Positions 38,369 to 50,300 of a stretch of 64,000 bases of DNA are shown here, piece by piece; the stretch's first letter is position 1; each line of letters begins with the position of its first letter. Position numbers and translations under genes: made by a program. Below the pieces are notes generated by a model. That model ran no database searches. It had not been told where the DNA came from and saw only the letters and a list, made by a program, of their open reading frames with translations. Source of the DNA: Ptychomitrium polyphyllum (taxonomy: Eukaryota); the NCBI GenBank assembly GCA_973851085.1, contig OZ316776.1:6696001-6760000 (forward strand), given 5' to 3'.

Positions 38369-41300
38369 ATAGGTACAATAGGTACAATGAGGTTAAATAA
38401 TCATTAATTTAAAAAAAAAAGTCTTTTTTAGAACAAATTATTAAAAGCCACTTGTGTACAATGCAAAAATAATAATATACAACATCATTAATTTAATTTT
38501 TCTATAGAAGATAAGTCCTGCATTCCTTTCTAACCTTTATATTATTACATTATTTTGTAATAGTTTGGAAGTAACTTTGGCTAAATAAAATAAATTGCTT
38601 TCAAAGCTTTAAATTGGTACAAAACAATAATAAGTAAATAAGCCTTTTAATTACCTTTAAATTACTGCAAAATATTAATATATTTCATATGAATAAAAGA
38701 AATAAAATAATCTTAATTAACTTTTGATCTCGTAATAGATAAGTCATTATAATAATCTTTGATTATTGAAATGGATTAATAATGGTTTTACAACTTAATT
38801 AATGAATTTATACTTAATTGTTGTAATAATTAAGGAATTTTTCCTTGTAAATTATGGATTCAACATTTAAGAATTATTTAATAAAAAATTACATCATCAT
38901 CACATAATTTTATATCCAAACTTTTAAATCATTCCACAATAAATTTAACAACTAGTAGAAATGAACATTGCTTTTGGAATATTGTATCAAAAATAAGTTT
39001 AACAAAATTATTTAGAATAAATATTTAATTTTCATATGTACATTAGATAATATCTATTAGAAGTACTTAGCAAAGTTTTGGGTGGTATGAATGGATGTGA
39101 TCATTTGCCACTATTTATTATAAATTTATCATATATAAATTATGTCTTTTATTTTAATTTAAATGAATAATTCATTACATCATATGACTTGTATTGTATA
39201 AATTTAATGTGTTTAAATATATGATTTACACTAAAGTTGTTGAAATAGAGAGCTTAATTTTTTTTTAATGCAAATCAAATAACATTCTAAATACTACCAT
39301 CATAGCACTCACAAATAAAAGAATATGAATTCTATTAAATATGGAATTTTTAGAGAAACTTGAATTGTCAAATTTATAAGAAGATGCTTCCATTCTATTG
39401 GGATTATACCTTCATATTTTGTTCATCATTATGTAGTGCCATTAATTATGAATTTACATTGTAGATTTGTCATATGTTCATGGATTAAAAATAAAAATTG
39501 CATTGGAATATTTGAAAGATTCTAATTTTCAAAGAATACAACAATATAAAAAAAGCTTTAGTGTCTAAAGTATTTTAAATGATAAATTTTCTGTTTTATT
39601 CATTTAAATGAATAAAAATGTAGCTGCATCAATTAATTGAATTAATTTGAGTTACATTAATTTCTATAATAAATCCTATATTAAATGAAGGTTGTAGTAA
39701 CAATAGGATTTTTATTATATTCTTGGAAAGATAATATAGCACGTACATTATTATTGATGTCAAATGGAAAATGACCTTGGAACAAAGGTACAAGAAATTA
39801 GTAACAAAAGGTTAGTCTTTAATTTTGTAAACAATGGAGAAAGAGATAAAGTTCAAAGAGAATTGCTTTTCAAAAATAAAATTGAAGTGAATTCAAATAA
39901 AAAATTGTTTGTTTGTTTTTTTCATAACCATGTCATATTTCATTGTAATTTACAATAATTCAACTTATTGGTGTGGCCTTTATTAAATATAATCTCTTAC
40001 ATTGTTTAAGAATGTTTCCAATTTTTTAGCAAAATATAGTATAGTAATAAAAACACAATCTAAACTATCTCAATTCACCATATTGACATTTCATTAGAAA
40101 TTTGTAGCCTTCATGTACAAAGACCTTCATATAAAAAGACCTATTCTTGTTGTTGATAATCTTATTGCCAATCATCATAGCCAGAATGAGCAAGTGTGGC
40201 AAATTTAAATGTGGCACTCACTTCTAAGATCAATCTAAATATACTCAACTACTTCCAAATCTCCCTTAGGAACCTTTGTTATTTCTACAAGCATCGCAAT
40301 GCCAATGGCTATCAAAGTGGAAGCAATGCCACTAGAACATGTTTTATATGAATTATGAATTATAAAAGTCTTTTTGTTAATAGCCAAAAACCATTAGGAG
40401 ATCAACTCATCAACCATCTATATAACTATTAATAATCACCACTTAATGAAAGTACAGCCACCTAAAATCCCATTCAACAACCACCACACACCAATCCTAT
40501 ATGTGCTATATATATGTTCCTTCCTAAATTAATCTAAATTAACCTTCTTTTTTATTACTATCCTTCCATAATTCAGTTTGCACCCTAGCTCAACCCATTA
40601 CCACCACCCACAAAGCTTAAACCACCAATAACAAGAGTTGGTGGTTAATGAGAATGCACATGATGCTATTGCACTGTTCCAGCTTTCATACTAACTCATC
40701 AAAAGTTAGCTGATAACCTTGGCAACTGGATACTCCATATTCAATTAACTCCGTTACCTCCAGCCTACAGTAGGCCCGACTTGGTGTCCATGTACTTCAC
40801 TATATCTCCCTTGTCTCTCTGGTATTTCGGTAGCACCACATGCAGCACCTTCAACAAGCATCAGGCAAACCAGTTCGCAGGCAGGCCACTCTCAACTTAT
40901 GTCAGTTTAACACCTGAGACTAGTAACGGTACAAGAGTCCAACTTCCGGATCCGCTCCGACATTTCGTCTTCGTCGCTTGAGGCGCGGTGTCCAGGTCCC
41001 GGGATAGTAGTACTAACTTACTATCTTGTCTAGGTATTCATAAAACAGACGATAGATATTCTATACCAGTTTGTATTAGTGTGTTAATACTGCGGGCCTT
41101 GATTTCCTGGTGTGGCAGGAAACCAGTGCCGGTGCAAAGTGGCGTGGCGTGGGTTGAGTTGGGTTGGGTTGGGTTGGTGAGGCGCAGTACCGTAGGTGGG
41201 TGGTGAGATGAGGTAGATGACAGTTGGAATCACGGGTGGGATAAGTGGAGGTGCAGGGTTTTTGATTGATGTGAGTCTGTCCTGTTCCTGAACACGCGAC

Positions 41301-42558
41301 CGCGGTTGGGAAGATGGCAGGCTTGGGAGTTTTGTGATTGCTTAAGGAAGTTCGGCGGAGAAGTTCTAGAGAGTCGTGATTGCTCGCTTCCGCTGTATGC
41401 TTACTGCTAAGGGAGGTCACTTCTAGTTCGGAGAAGGTGACGTGCTCGGGTAACACGAGTTCGAATCTCTACATTGACATCCAGCGGCTCGGTTAGAGCG
41501 GCTGTTTCCGCACAGCGAGGCCGCCTAAGTTGATTGCTTTGATCCTGTGATCAGTGGGTGCACCTTCTCAACTGCTAGTGATTTGTGTGTCTTGCATTTC
41601 TGAAGTTGATAGCTTGCTGCAGTGGCAGAGTGTTTTGGAACAGTTAGTGGTCGGCTGGGCGCGGCACGCTCACGTCTTGCAGTGGAGAACCGTTCTGCGT
41701 GGGCAGCTCGTTGTTACTAAGATGTTTGCATGTTTGCGGCGTTTTGTGAGCTTGTGGATTTCCGTGTTGGCTGTCTCTCTTGAAGATAGGAGTAGGTCGT
41801 TTGGGGCATTTCTTTGTGTAATCTTCGTCGACGTTTGTGTGTGCCCCGTAAGATCAGGCGATGGAGGTCGCGCAATCCATTTCCGTTCACTAGTGAATGA
41901 CCACATTTTGTATTTAACATTTGCGTTTCAGGGTATGTCCATATTGCTCTCGGGGAGTTGAGCGAGTCGCAAGTCTTCGGTCGTTCCAAGGATGATCTAG
42001 TCATTCTGTTTCTACGATTTATATCTCTGCCAACGCTTAGATTTTGCATTTGATCTCTTCTGCCGAGATTGTTGCGCTTCGTGTTAGCGTATCTCAGTTG
42101 GAGGCTGTGCTCAAGTTTAGACGAGGCTATGGTCGATGTCACCTGTTTTGTAATTTTTTCCTCACTTGGCACGCAGTATGGGCACTCCAATGAAAGCCTG
42201 GATTATGTGAATTTCGGGCCATTGGAATTATGCGGTTCGAATAGGAACTTTGTTCTTGCGTACATGAATAAGATATGTGCAGGTTTAGCATACTGGAAGA
42301 TCGGCGGTACTGCGTGCAAAACTGGCTTTGTGTGATTACCACAGAATATCCATGCTGTTCTTTTGTTGAAGCTATCTTAACGATTATTGAGGTTTTCTGA
42401 TTATGACTAAGAAACCCAATCATTTCTATGATGAGAGTGTAGTTTGCGGCGTGGCAAGGGAGCTGACGACCTAGCGGGCCGCCTGCCTTCTAGACGACGG
42501 TCGAAAGAGGTTTGTACGCATCGGTCGAAATACTGAAGACTGGGTCAAGAGTAGAGCG

Positions 42559-42822
42559 ATGTCAAAGCAGGACAACAGTTCCCAACAAAAGGGTTGGAAG
42601 TCAGCGGATTCTAACATGACGACGTCTCCTTCAGTTGGACGCTTTGGCAACGACAAAACGGCGACTTTGTATATGAAAGGCTCCTCGGCTAAGTTCGTTG
42701 ACAACGATGGAAGGAAAACCATGGCTCCGTATAGCAATTATGGGAATCTTCCCCAACAGGCATCGCAGCAGCCAGCTGAAGACATTGTAGATCTAAGAAT
42801 TGCTTCCAGTGCTGCAGCGAAG
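42559..42822 (+). CDS. Putative first coding exon of an unidentified gene; downstream exons not found
   Basis: ATG-initiated frame MSKQDNSSQQKGWKS...EDIVDLRIASSAAAK ends at AAG|GTATGC, followed by a pyrimidine-rich intron-like start. It is preceded by GC-rich leader-like sequence from ~41100. Confidence 0.4.
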
Positions 42823-45800
42823 GTATGCAGCTCTTCTGCCCTGTTTTTCTAGCCTCCACATCCTTGCCTCTGATCTCCACTTCCTCACTTGCCCTCTATA
42901 ATGTAGGTTAACTACTGTACTGTTACTTCAGTGTAGAAATCCCTTTTGGCAATCTTTTTGTGCCAAAAGCCTGAAGATAGCAGTGTAGGTATTGAAGGCC
43001 TATTGTGTACCAAGGTTTTACTTGCAGGAAGTGTAGAATATGTAGCCACAAGATGCACCACCCCTATTGTGCACGTGCACTTCTTAGATGATAACCAAAA
43101 AATTCCATCATGCACCTCAAAAGAAAGGAGATGGTATATTAGTTTGAGGTTGTATTTCTTACTTTATAAGCTCTTTTTTCCACATTTGAAGAATCTATCA
43201 AAAACATGTTATTTATGAAAATGTCACATGTTATATGAAAATGTTATAAGTAACATTTTTACATTTTTAATATTGATATACTTGGTTGAGCATCAAAAGC
43301 TTGAATTCATGAGTAATGGAATGTTATAAATTCTACTTGTGTATAGTGAAAATTAAAGTTTTTCATCAACATCTTTAACCTAACATTTCTAATAAAATTA
43401 GATTGACCTTTAAATAAATGTCACATGAAAATGTGACGTTTTTACAATACTATGTTCAAAGTCATTCACCAAGCTATCTTCCTATGCTAGAATTCAATGT
43501 ATTTGAACTTTAATATGTTTTTTCCACTACATTATACTTTTGAATTTTATGAAGGATAGTTACAAAATTAGAAGATACATATTAAAATGTTGTTCCATGG
43601 TAGACATAATTGTGTTCTTTCATTATTCCTAACTGTGTTCTTCCATTACTTCTGGGTAGATATAATTGTATTTTTCCATTATATTTACCTATGGATAGAT
43701 ATAATTGTATTCTTCTTTTACTTGTGCATTGTAGAGTATACAAAAGGGGTATTAATTTCAAACTGATTGTACAAAATATATGAATTTAAAGCGTTTTTAG
43801 AATTGGAAATAAGGATATGTACATATATTAAACATGTATAAAAGAACAAAAATTATTAGATACTTATGACATTATATACAAGGAATATTTTAGTGTGTGT
43901 TAAAAACAAACATACTTCTAATATACAACAAAAAATTTATCAATAAAGAATTTAAAGATTTTTTAAAAAACTCTAATCTTTTTTTGGCAATTGATAAGTA
44001 ACTAGTCCTTTTCTTCTAATACCTACTATACTAAATAATATCAAAAAAGATTTTTTTCAAAAATTAAAGGTTGATTTTGAGGTGAAAAAAGATTTGAATA
44101 TATAACACAAAAGATAGGTGTTTTGTTCATTAGGGTTATTTAATTTGATTTAATTTATTTTGATTTTTAATAGAGTCATTTGTAATCTTTACTTTTTGTT
44201 TGTATTTATAATTAAAACACACATATTAGCATAAAAATGTTTGACCACTACATCTATTTTGAGGAGTTAACATTTTATAACCTAGTTTAGATTGACTTTT
44301 ATTAAACAAATATATTGCACATTTATATGGAATGATTAAATTTTTAATAGAATCTATATTTATTTTTAGAACTATTTATCACCAATTGTATTAAGGAATA
44401 AATATATCAGATCTTGTCAATTTCATTAATATTATGCTTGTTAGCTCAAACATAATTTTATTTAGAAATATGTAGAATTTTGGCACCTTTTAGATACACA
44501 AGAGACCAATTCAAAATGGAATTTAGAATGTTATCATATAAATTTGTAATAGATTAATCATTTGAATTTTTTGCAAAGATAAAAAAGAAAAATACAAACA
44601 TCAAATAGTTTAATAAGAATATGTCAAAAATATGTTGGAAAAACCAATTTTTTAACTCAATGATAATATATCCAAATATATATAAGCAAATAAGTTGGTT
44701 TCGTGAATTATAAAATGTAGTGTGATTTCTTTTTAATTGAACTGAATAAATTGATTCTATATTTAGTATAGTATAAATTAATTGCACAATTAATTTTACA
44801 AAACTTACAATAGCTTTTTAATCATAATTATTTTTTTAACTAATTTAAAGTACAATGGTAACACCAAATTTTTTGAAGTATTTTATAATTATTATGCAAA
44901 ATTATCTTTTAAGGTTTTTTTTATCATATAACATAAAAAAAAAAATATAAATCCATGTATTCTATATTAAATTAATTTTTTAATATAGAATGAAATTTGT
45001 ATGAGCATTAAGATTAATAAAAGTATTAGAGTTTTAAATCTAGAATTCTAATAAATAAATAATATATTTCTTTATAAAAAAGATAAGAAAATGTCTAATT
45101 TTTTTAATGAAATAAACTTAAATGAAGGTATTTTTTAAGATTATATCATTTATGATATATAATAGAAATATTAAAAAGTTTAATTCTTGTCACTGAATTA
45201 CATTCAAAATTTCAACCAAGATCTCATTGCTTTCTTCATTTCATTTGTAAGTACAATTGAAAAACATGGTTTTTATCAAAATGTTCATTTATTTATACCA
45301 TTATAAGAATCTAGAATTGAAAGTAGATATTTAGGCACTTTTCTGTTGTTTGGAGTAAATTATGTGAATTTTCAAAATATGCCATGAACAATTCATTGCA
45401 CTAAATTCTTGAGGAAATTTTTCAATACAAAAAAATTATCTATTAAATAGAAATCCCTTGCCTTGTGTTTCTAGAGTGTATTTTCCTTTTTAATGACAGT
45501 CATCAACATTTTTTAATAGGAGCATTAATTCACTTCCAATTTGGAAAGCAATTGGGAGAACCATGACACCTAAGGCATATTAAGGGTTGGCTTAGAAGAG
45601 CTCACTTATCTCTGAAGAGGTCCAAATTTTTAGGCATTTCAATCATTTCGCAAAGAACACAACACAATGTATAGTTGCTTCTTTTTATGGCAAAAATGAT
45701 TTCTAAAGTTTATCTTGCAAAACATTCTTGTTTGGGGAAGACTTAATGGTTAACTCTAACATAATTAAAAGCTGCTAAAGGCCATGGCCACAATAAAAAT

Positions 45801-46879
45801 TTATAAATGACTAGAAAAGTATCAAAAACTATACATGCACAAGCTCTCAGACACTACATACTGATTTTCAACTGAAGCTTTTCAACTGAAGCTTTTCCCT
45901 GCAGTTTATGCTGGAAATAATATTTATTTCTTGAAGTCGTAACCATAGGATCTGTTTGTGTATATTCTGGAGAAACTATAGAAGTTAAATGGTGATGGAG
46001 TACAATATTATAACGTTTTTGTTGACACAGATTCTGTCGAGTAGCAGGGACGTTTGACTTTGACATTGATTTTCACCTTTTGATAATTCTTCAAAATTTA
46101 AATATGAAACTGTACATATTCCTTGCCAAATTAGCTACTGAATTTGCCTCTGAATCAACTTTTCCAGTCATAGAGCTGTTGTAAATTGGCTTGCAATGGA
46201 TGAGAGTCATGATACACAGAAGAATTCAATTTTTTCCAAAGCTTGAGTGGAAATGCATAAAGGTGTTTTGTAGGAGGCGTTATATGTAAACATCTGCTGA
46301 AAAAGCAACTGTAGGTCCCAATTTCAAATAATATCTCAACTTATGAATCACTTGAACATTCTTTAAGGACTGACCATAAGTGCAATTGTTCTAAACAAAC
46401 TTTGTATACTTTGCGTTACACCATCATAAACATTTTGGATGACCACAAGATACAATCTGCATCAACGACAACTAGCTCAAGAGTTTATTTCGTCACTCGT
46501 ACTTTGCAGACAGGCTTGTCTAGCATAGGGTTAAATTACATTATTCCTTGCTGGCCTAGACCCAATGAACAGACTCTTCAGGGATGCAAGTCTTATGACT
46601 AGAGTTTCTGTTTCTACTAAGTTCCACCTATGTCTGTAAATTGTCCCATAAAGTAAGGCCTGGCATGATAACAAAAAATCTCCTAATGTGCGACAACTAT
46701 TCAACTTATCATGAAAAGAAGGCATTGCAGACGATTGAAATTATCTGACCACTGTCTGCAGAGTTCACTTAATTGAAATATCTGAAACCATATTTATCCA
46801 CAGGTATTCTACAATTGCATATCTGAGAATTTATTTAAAGAAACAGATAGTGTCGCCGCTTTTTTGCATGCTTCCATCG

Positions 46880-47048
46880 AACGCAACCTTGGTGCCAGAA
46901 GTTCAAAAATTCGAAAAAGGTAAATCAAGCTACTGTAGACTTCCTTTTCCCTTTTGTCTGTCACTCCAAAACGCAACTTTGGTGCGAAATGTTGAAAGCA
47001 TCTGAGAAAGCTCAAAGCTACGCTAGCTTTTGCTTTTGTCTGTCTCTC
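46880..47048 (+). repeat. Imperfect ~90-bp tandem duplication
   Basis: AACGCAAC(C/T)TTGGTGC...AAGCTAC...CTTTTGTCTGTC occurs twice in tandem. Confidence 0.6.
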
Positions 47049-48090
47049 TAGTGCACTTTGTCTGTGTCCAACCTCCGCTGTACAGTATAAGTGAAAGTAC
47101 TTGCATGCATTCTCTGTATCAGACTAGCAGTGTTTGCATTTGAGTTCCAATGGCCACTGTGCAGCTTGCAGCAGTTAGTGGTCCCGGAGGTGAAGGTTTT
47201 GAGAATTCGAGCGTCTTTGCTTTCCGATCATAGCAAGAAGTGCACTAGGGGTCCCTCTCAGATTTTGAGCACAACTTGGGACCTAGCAAGGTACCTGAGA
47301 AGCAGGAGGTTGGGAGGTTGCAGCACTAACTTGTTGCCATGGGACCTCGTATTTTTGAACCCAAAGGTAATCGTCGTAGGTGGAGGATGGAGGAGTTTTC
47401 TTTGCAATGTGACTAAGTCGTGAGTGTGCACAAAAACAACGTCCACGTCGAATTTAATTGCACGTGAAGGGCTGCTGGTGGAGGTCGTGGAGAGATTTGG
47501 GGGAGGTTTGGAGGAGATTTGGAGGTGGCCATTTCCACAGCTCTTTCGCTTGTGTGGAAAGCGAGCCTGGCATTTGGCTCTTGAAAATTGCAGGTCTTGG
47601 TAAGCAATAATTTCTTTCGAATGATGTATTGATGTTTTTTTGACGTGAGTCTGTACTGCATGTGAAGTTGGCAGAAATCAAGCATGTTGAAGTGTGTAAA
47701 ATCGTTTGATTAAACCCTGACTCTGTTAAGGTTTGGAGTCGAAATTGCAGCATACAGAGTAGGTTGGGTTGCTTGTTTCGGAGTTTCAATGCATGTTCTG
47801 CGATTGTCACTTATGCTACATGCCATGTGAAACATGTGCATGTACTGCGATTGTACTCGCTAGGAGTAGCACATGTTTGCACGCTCAGCTTCATAGAAAA
47901 AATTTCATTGCCGAATGTTTCTGAAGAATGTTTAATCGGAAGGCATTGGTATGCCTGTCGGCGGCTGGCCAAGCCTTTACTGTTAGATGCATAATTCTTT
48001 TGTAGAAATCGGGTTCGAGGGGGCGATAAAGAAGTTAGAACACAAAGCCGCTTCGCTGCGGCTGCTCAAGTTCGGTGCTCTGTGGACGCG

Positions 48091-49154
48091 ATGAGTCATT
48101 TTGGGTTTAATCCAGGGCAACTATGGCCCTCTTGCTGGAGTCCTCCAGATAACTCTGGTTCATATCAGTTCCTGGGGGCTTTGACGACTTGCACTGCCAC
48201 AGTCCCCTCGAACAATAGCCCATCAGATTCAGAAATGCTCAACGGACTAGACGCCCTAGATAGCCAGACTCAAGGCGCACCATGTCTACTTAGAGAGTTC
48301 ACGTCCGAAACAGAGCACGTCTTTACTCCAAATGATTATATATTTTCGGGCTTGGTATATAACAGCCTCTGCTAGGAGGACTGGCTGGAGCTGCCACCAC
48401 TAAATAAGGACTATGAAGTTCCTGCGCATAATCTTCTCATCGCAGATGCGGATCAGTCAACGTTTGGAGCAATTGTGAACGTGTACAATCCTGAAATCAC
48501 CATTGCTCCCCCAGCTGTGAGCAGATCGGCAAGCGTCCGGTGCAGGTGGTCGAATTTTGTGTGGCTCATTTGTGCCTGCAACCGTTTCTCTTATGCCGCC
48601 GGGGCTAGTTTGACTGTCAAGGTAAATAACATGAACTAAACAAAGTTGAAATGCGCTTTGATGCCACTTGACACCTTTGTAGACGATAGCTATTATATGT
48701 GACCTTTCTGTATACAATCTGCAATTTTACCTGGAGGAAAAGATATTGATCCTTAACTGTGTTTCAGACTTCATACATATGATGTTGCAATATCTAATCG
48801 AGTGCCGTGCAGGTTCCAGAAGCCAGGAATGTGTTGAAAGGGATAATGAAGAAGGATAAGTATGTCTGCGAGATGCGGATCATGATGAAGATGCAGAGGG
48901 AGAAAAATAAATCGATTAGAAAAGTATGGCTCGGGACCTACAAAACCCAAGCCGAAGCATCTCGTGCCCTGGATGTTGGAAAGTATTTCTTCAACAGCAA
49001 AAAGTTCAAGAGCTTCTCTGACCCCAATTCCGAACCTATCCTCTCAAAGCTCAGTTACCTTCTTGCACAGCCGCTAGAGGAGCTGGTGAAAAATGTGAAG
49101 AAGCTCGCCAAGGATTATGGTGAGAATGGCTCAGTGCAAACTTTTGTTCTGTGA
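48091..49154 (+). pseudogene. Divergent AP2/ERF-domain gene, two coding exons, one premature stop
   Basis: Exon 48091-48621 (AAG|GTAAAT) splices in phase 0 to 48813-49154 (TGCAG|GTT), which encodes KYVCEMR...RKVWLGTYKTQAEASRALDVGKYFF (AP2 WLGT(F/Y)xTxxxAAxAYD motif). The only lesion seen is TAG at 48373-48375; the frame is open on both sides of it. Confidence 0.72.
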
Positions 49155-50001
49155 CTGCCGAAGCAACTTACTCTGCTGAGCAAATTTGTGCTCTGATAAC
49201 AGGACTAAAACTCAAACTTCACCTCTGTTCACTACTACCTCGCAGTCTCGACCAACAGTGCCGACCTATCAAGCCTGATGCAATACCAAACTCAATCCTT
49301 CAAGTTGTCCTCTATACGCGACTTGTATCTCTAGAATCTGATTGTGTCACGTAGTAATATATCAAAGATCCTGCCTCACTCTACAATAAGTTTCACTTTG
49401 TTTTATGTTGTGTAGTAAAATTCTATTTCTCCTAGGTAGATTATTAAGTGTCTAAGTCTTTGGTTTCCATATAAAGTTAGTTGTTCTAGATTAGTCCTTA
49501 AACGCTACAACAATTTTTAGTGTAAGTTATTATATGTGCAGTTGCATTTAGGCATTCTTGTTTAACAAAGTTTATTTGTGTACTAGGCTTGTGAGTTTCT
49601 TGACAATAATACCTAAAGAAAGGAACCACTTAAATAAAAATAATGATTGAGATTATTCAAGATTGTTTCTTTTTGACAAATGGCTTGTCTTTGTATCTAA
49701 AATCCAACATTATTGCTGCTTTATATGTAAAATTTGTGTGAAATAGTACACACATATGTTGTGGACAATGGTGGCTTTGGATGCGGTGGTAATTTTTGGA
49801 TATTGGCCTCTTTTAATAAAATAAGCCAAAAAATATGCCACTTCTACAAAACTTTATTTGCATGCTATGAAGTTCCACTATGAATGACTCTCAAGTTTTT
49901 TGTGAGATAAATAACCCCCCTTCCTTATAGTTGGCATGAATATTCCACACAAGGTCAAAATTTTATGCTTGTTGAATTTTTAAATCCTAGATAAATAATC
50001 A

Positions 50002-50022
50002 ATGATGATGATGATGATGATG

Positions 50023-50073
<51 letters not shown>

Positions 50074-50300
50074 TTCTTATTCTTATTCTTATTCTTATTC
50101 TTATTCTTATTCTTATTCTTATTCTTATTCTTATTCTTATTCTTATTCTTATTCTTATTCTTATTCTTATTCTTATTCTTATTCTTATTCTTATTCTTAT
50201 TCTTATTCTTATTCTTATTCTTATTCTTATTCTTATTCTTATTCTTATTCTTATTCTTATTCTTACTATTATTCTTATTATCATTATTATCATTATTATT
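50002..50300 (+). repeat. Compound microsatellite (ATG)7(ATA)17(TTCTTA)32 plus a degenerate tail
   Basis: Read directly: 50002-50022, 50023-50073 and 50074-50265. Confidence 0.98.

Noticed and set aside
37877..38372. ATAG on both sides of the solo LTR as a TSD
   Set aside because: Only 4 bp in AT-rich sequence with decayed termini; not distinguishable from chance.
39330..40350. Faint resemblance to a decayed LINE reverse transcriptase
   Set aside because: No intact QG.PLSP or YADD motif could be read; too speculative without a search.
26911..42798. Identical 18-mer GACATTGTAGATCTAAGA at 26911 and 42781 (both read DIVDLR)
   Set aside because: Flanks show no further similarity, and a single match of this length in 64 kb could be chance.
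48355..48375. In-frame 21-nt GT...AG segment that would remove the AP2 gene's premature stop
   Set aside because: Far below the normal minimum plant intron length.
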